Assembly (NCBI GenBank): GCA_964187785.1
Contig: OZ076409.1
Coordinates: forward strand, 47,308,001 to 47,372,000
Length of the DNA: 64,000 bases
Direction: 5' to 3'
From: Amphiscolops sp. MND2022
Lineage: Eukaryota
Every line of letters begins with the position of its first letter. Position 1 is the stretch's first letter. Below the pieces are notes generated by a model. The model saw nothing but the letters and a program-made list of their open reading frames with translations, did not search any database and was not told where the DNA came from. The position numbers were made by a program, and so were the translations under genes. This document shows positions 61,171-64,000 of this stretch, in pieces.

Positions 61171-62606
61171 TTTTTTGAGTCAGTGACAGTGTTAGCTGTT
61201 GCTTGTTGGACGGGAACGTCCTTTTTTGGTTCTGAATTGTTGTGACGCTTAGGTCGTGGATCGTTGGCAGAGTTGGCTCCGTTCCAACAATCTTCCGTTT
61301 TGTGGGGTTTGCCGCATGTTTCGCATTTGAACGGTTTGCCTGCACTCGTGTTAGTTTGACCATTGTTTTTTCTGGTTTGCATCCATTTATCTCTCTTCAT
61401 TTTCCTGCATTCTGCCTTATAGTGTCCAAATTTGTTGCAGTGGAAGCAATATCCTTTTTTGACATTTTGCGTCGTGCTGTCGACTTGTTTGGACTCAGTT
61501 TTTGCTGGGGCTGGTTCTACCTTGTTTAGTGGTACTAAGGTTACCTCATCCGGTGCTCCAAGGCCGTTAAGTCTCATTTCGCGTTCTAGGTGGAGTACTA
61601 TATCATTATAGGGTTTATCCTCGAGGTATGCCTTGTTTAGTATTTTCTTGACGTGGTCTGGCATCTTTGCATAGATCGCCTTATCAATAAATTGTTGGGC
61701 TTCAGAGCCAAAGGCTTCCTTGGCAGTTTTTTGAAGTATGTCCAGAAATTCGTGGAGTTTCTGGCTCGAGGGATCGAATTTGAGCGCATCCCATTCGCAT
61801 CTTGCCTTGGCCATAGACAAATAGTCTCCAAAACGTCGCTTGAAAATTGTCATTATTTCGTCAAGGGAATCCTTTTTCGTGTCTTCTATGTTGCAAAACG
61901 CCTGGAGGGCGTCTCCTCGTAGCAGTGAATGGAAATAATTGATTTTTTGTATCTCCGTGAGATGTGGATACATTTTGATGTTGTTACGGAAAAGGTCCTC
62001 AAATAATTCAAATTTTTCCGATTTCCCGTCGAACGTTGGGAGAGATGCCGTTAATGCTTTTGGCATAGGCAGCGTAGTGCTGTCGCCTTTTTCCGACGCA
62101 AACAAAGTTCTCGCTACAATTGGACGTTCTTTTGACGCCGGTTGACTTTGAGACCGGGCTTTCGTTCTTTTTGGCTGGTTAGTGGAGTCGGTTAGAACTC
62201 CTGTCACCATGTTACGACTGGTGTTCGGGTCGTTTTGTGTTGAATTTATCCTAACAAGTTTAGTAGGGGTGTAAAAACTTCTAGTGTCATTTTCTATTTC
62301 TTCCTCGACATTTTCCCTAACGTTTCCCCTTGTTTCAGGTTTTAAGAGTTTCAACATTTCTCTCTGGGAGTCGATGAGGAGATTCTTAATTTCAGACGTT
62401 ATTTCTTCCTTCAACGAGGCTCTCAAGCTTTCTAAGAAACTATTTTCCACCCTTGAAGATTTTGGTTCTGACGGGCCTGCGTCGTCAACATCCTGGTTTG
62501 GAAGACAAGGGTTCCTTATTTCTACCGGTGAAATAAAACCTTCACTTACATTCTCATTGCTCTCCTGTTGGATGTTTCTTCTCTTTTGACTTCTTGTTGT
62601 AGACAT
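61167..62606 (-). CDS. gag: Intact Gag polyprotein of element 3 (479 aa from the MSTTRSQK ATG)
   Basis: Open frame with a capsid-like region (LPTFDGKSEKFELFEDLF...) and two CCHC knuckles, CFHCNKFGHYKAEC and CETCGKPHKTEDC. Confidence 0.93.
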   Translation of the reverse strand: MSTTRSQKRRNIQQESNENVSEGFISPVEIRNPCLPNQDVDDAGPSEPKSSRVENSFLESLRASLKEEITSEIKNLLIDSQREMLKLLKPETRGNVRENVEEEIENDTRSFYTPTKLVRINSTQNDPNTSRNMVTGVLTDSTNQPKRTKARSQSQPASKERPIVARTLFASEKGDSTTLPMPKALTASLPTFDGKSEKFELFEDLFRNNIKMYPHLTEIQKINYFHSLLRGDALQAFCNIEDTKKDSLDEIMTIFKRRFGDYLSMAKARCEWDALKFDPSSQKLHEFLDILQKTAKEAFGSEAQQFIDKAIYAKMPDHVKKILNKAYLEDKPYNDIVLHLEREMRLNGLGAPDEVTLVPLNKVEPAPAKTESKQVDSTTQNVKKGYCFHCNKFGHYKAECRKMKRDKWMQTRKNNGQTNTSAGKPFKCETCGKPHKTEDCWNGANSANDPRPKRHNNSEPKKDVPVQQATANTVTDSKN

Positions 62607-64000
62607 GTTGAAGAAAAGATTTATCTTGAAGAATTGATTTTTCTTTTGAAGAAGTTTTCTAACAAAGTTAGGCAAAGATTTGGTGAAATTGAAAATTCAA
62701 ACTGAATTACACAATTACAAAAGACTGAGTCCCTGAGTTAGCGAAAATCATTCTATATATACCCTCCTGGCATCATTTGATAACGATTAAAACCCTAATT
62801 TCCTTCGAACAATTAGTCACTTCCTGTATTTTCGATGAAAAATCATTTTGTTCCCAATTTTACGTCGACATTTCGTCAATTTTTGAGACACGGCAATTCC
62901 AATCTAGCATTAGTCATCAACCATGATCATATCATTTCAGCTCGGCGTCCTTTTGCTTTCCTCCCAAGCAGGAAGTAGATATTACTTCAGTCTGTCAAAC
63001 CGGAAATATTTCCCTGTTTTACTGACTTGGTTCGCGGGAAAAATGACGCTGAGATGACGCTGACGTGAACAACTAATACTCAATTTGGAAATCAACTCGA
63101 TGAATTGTGATGACTAATTTCAAATTAAGGTTATTTGAACGATGCTAAGAAAAGGCTTTGAAATAATTTGGGACGCAATCTTTTGGTTAAAATTAAATTT
63201 ATAGTCCTCAACAAACTAGATGCAAATGTATGCCCCAACTCTGGCTTGTCGCGGCGAGTGCGACAAGGTTACAAATTAAATTTAACAGAACAAAACTTTA
63301 AACATCAACTCTAAACTGCATTGTAAAATGAGCTTGCATTGGCATTAACAATCTCATTTGGAGGAATAACATTTAGTTTTAATAACATTAACAGGTACAA
63401 AACCTTTCGAGTATAAATATAAGGCAACGCAATGGCATCGTCTTGTAGAATGGATTGATGAATTTATGGTACAAAAGTTTATCCAACAACGGCTTCATGA
63501 CACAGATCACAGCAAATATATAAAAATACCTCAGGTAGTAAAATATCGACATTCGTTTAGTGTTAGGAAATAAACCATGACTTTTGTTCTATTAGAAGCG
63601 GAAAAATTCTCCTTTTAAGCTAGTCCCTAAGTGATTCTGATCTAGTCATAATTTACCCGACAAAATGCAGGTGTATCCTTGTATTTTTCCCATTTTAACC
63701 TAAAATGAGCGCATCGTTTACATTAAATCCGTTACAATCATCGCGCATCATGTTATTTTGGATGGATGAAAACAGTTATTTTGATGGATTTGCGACAACA
63801 TAACGACAAGTTTCTTAGCTAACTTGGCAGCTTGCCAAGTTTGACGAGTAGCTGACGCATATTCTAGAATGAATTTCTGACTAGCTACCAAGTAAGACGA
63901 AGTGCTGACGTCACAATTTGGAATGAAATTCTGGTTAGCTGCCTAGTTAGTGACGTCATAGCGACGAGTAATTTGGATTAATTCTAGTTAGTTAACTAGT

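Larger units (their letters stand above)
56560..64000 (-). mobile_element. Young non-autonomous Gypsy element 3 with LTRs of at least 1.79 kb (continues past the window end)
   Basis: 62210-64000 is repeated almost exactly at 56560-58350, both ending ...CGTAACA on the minus strand. PBS TGGTGACAGGA at 62209. Intact gag and protease; no RT, RH or INT core. Confidence 0.93.

Noticed and set aside
58978..62589. Plus-strand ORFs (58978-59397, 60290-60700, 61242-62589)
   Set aside because: Antisense shadows of the minus-strand accessory ORF, pol remnant and gag.
62607..62675. N-terminal extension MPNFVRK... of gag
   Set aside because: Begins at a TTG that the track treats as a start; the first ATG is at 62606.

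Overview
Eukaryotic (animal-type, AT-rich, repeat-dense) genomic DNA. Most entries in the ORF track are exon pieces, decayed transposon frames or noise. The first 24 kb hold the 3' part of a spliced sphingosine-1-phosphate lyase gene (SGPL1-like, + strand): 9 exons are readable and one is probably hidden in the 200-N gap. Its introns carry a full-length decayed Gypsy element with a 5-bp TSD, a LINE fragment inside a TIR element with a 9-bp TSD, MITEs, and a nested two-exon antisense gene for a putatively myristoylated armadillo-like protein. The remaining 40 kb is almost all transposon: a deleted hAT element, a BEL/Pao remnant, and three copies of a family of unusual large-LTR Gypsy elements. 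In that family the Gag reading frame starts inside the LTR, gag ends on an AAAAAAC slippery site, and a non-env acidic ORF with a SIM-like motif follows pol. One copy also carries, antisense behind pol, an intron-containing ORF of about 1,240 codons resembling a hAT transposase with a zinc finger; this is the most striking candidate for an undescribed system. All protein assignments come from motif recognition by eye, not database searches.
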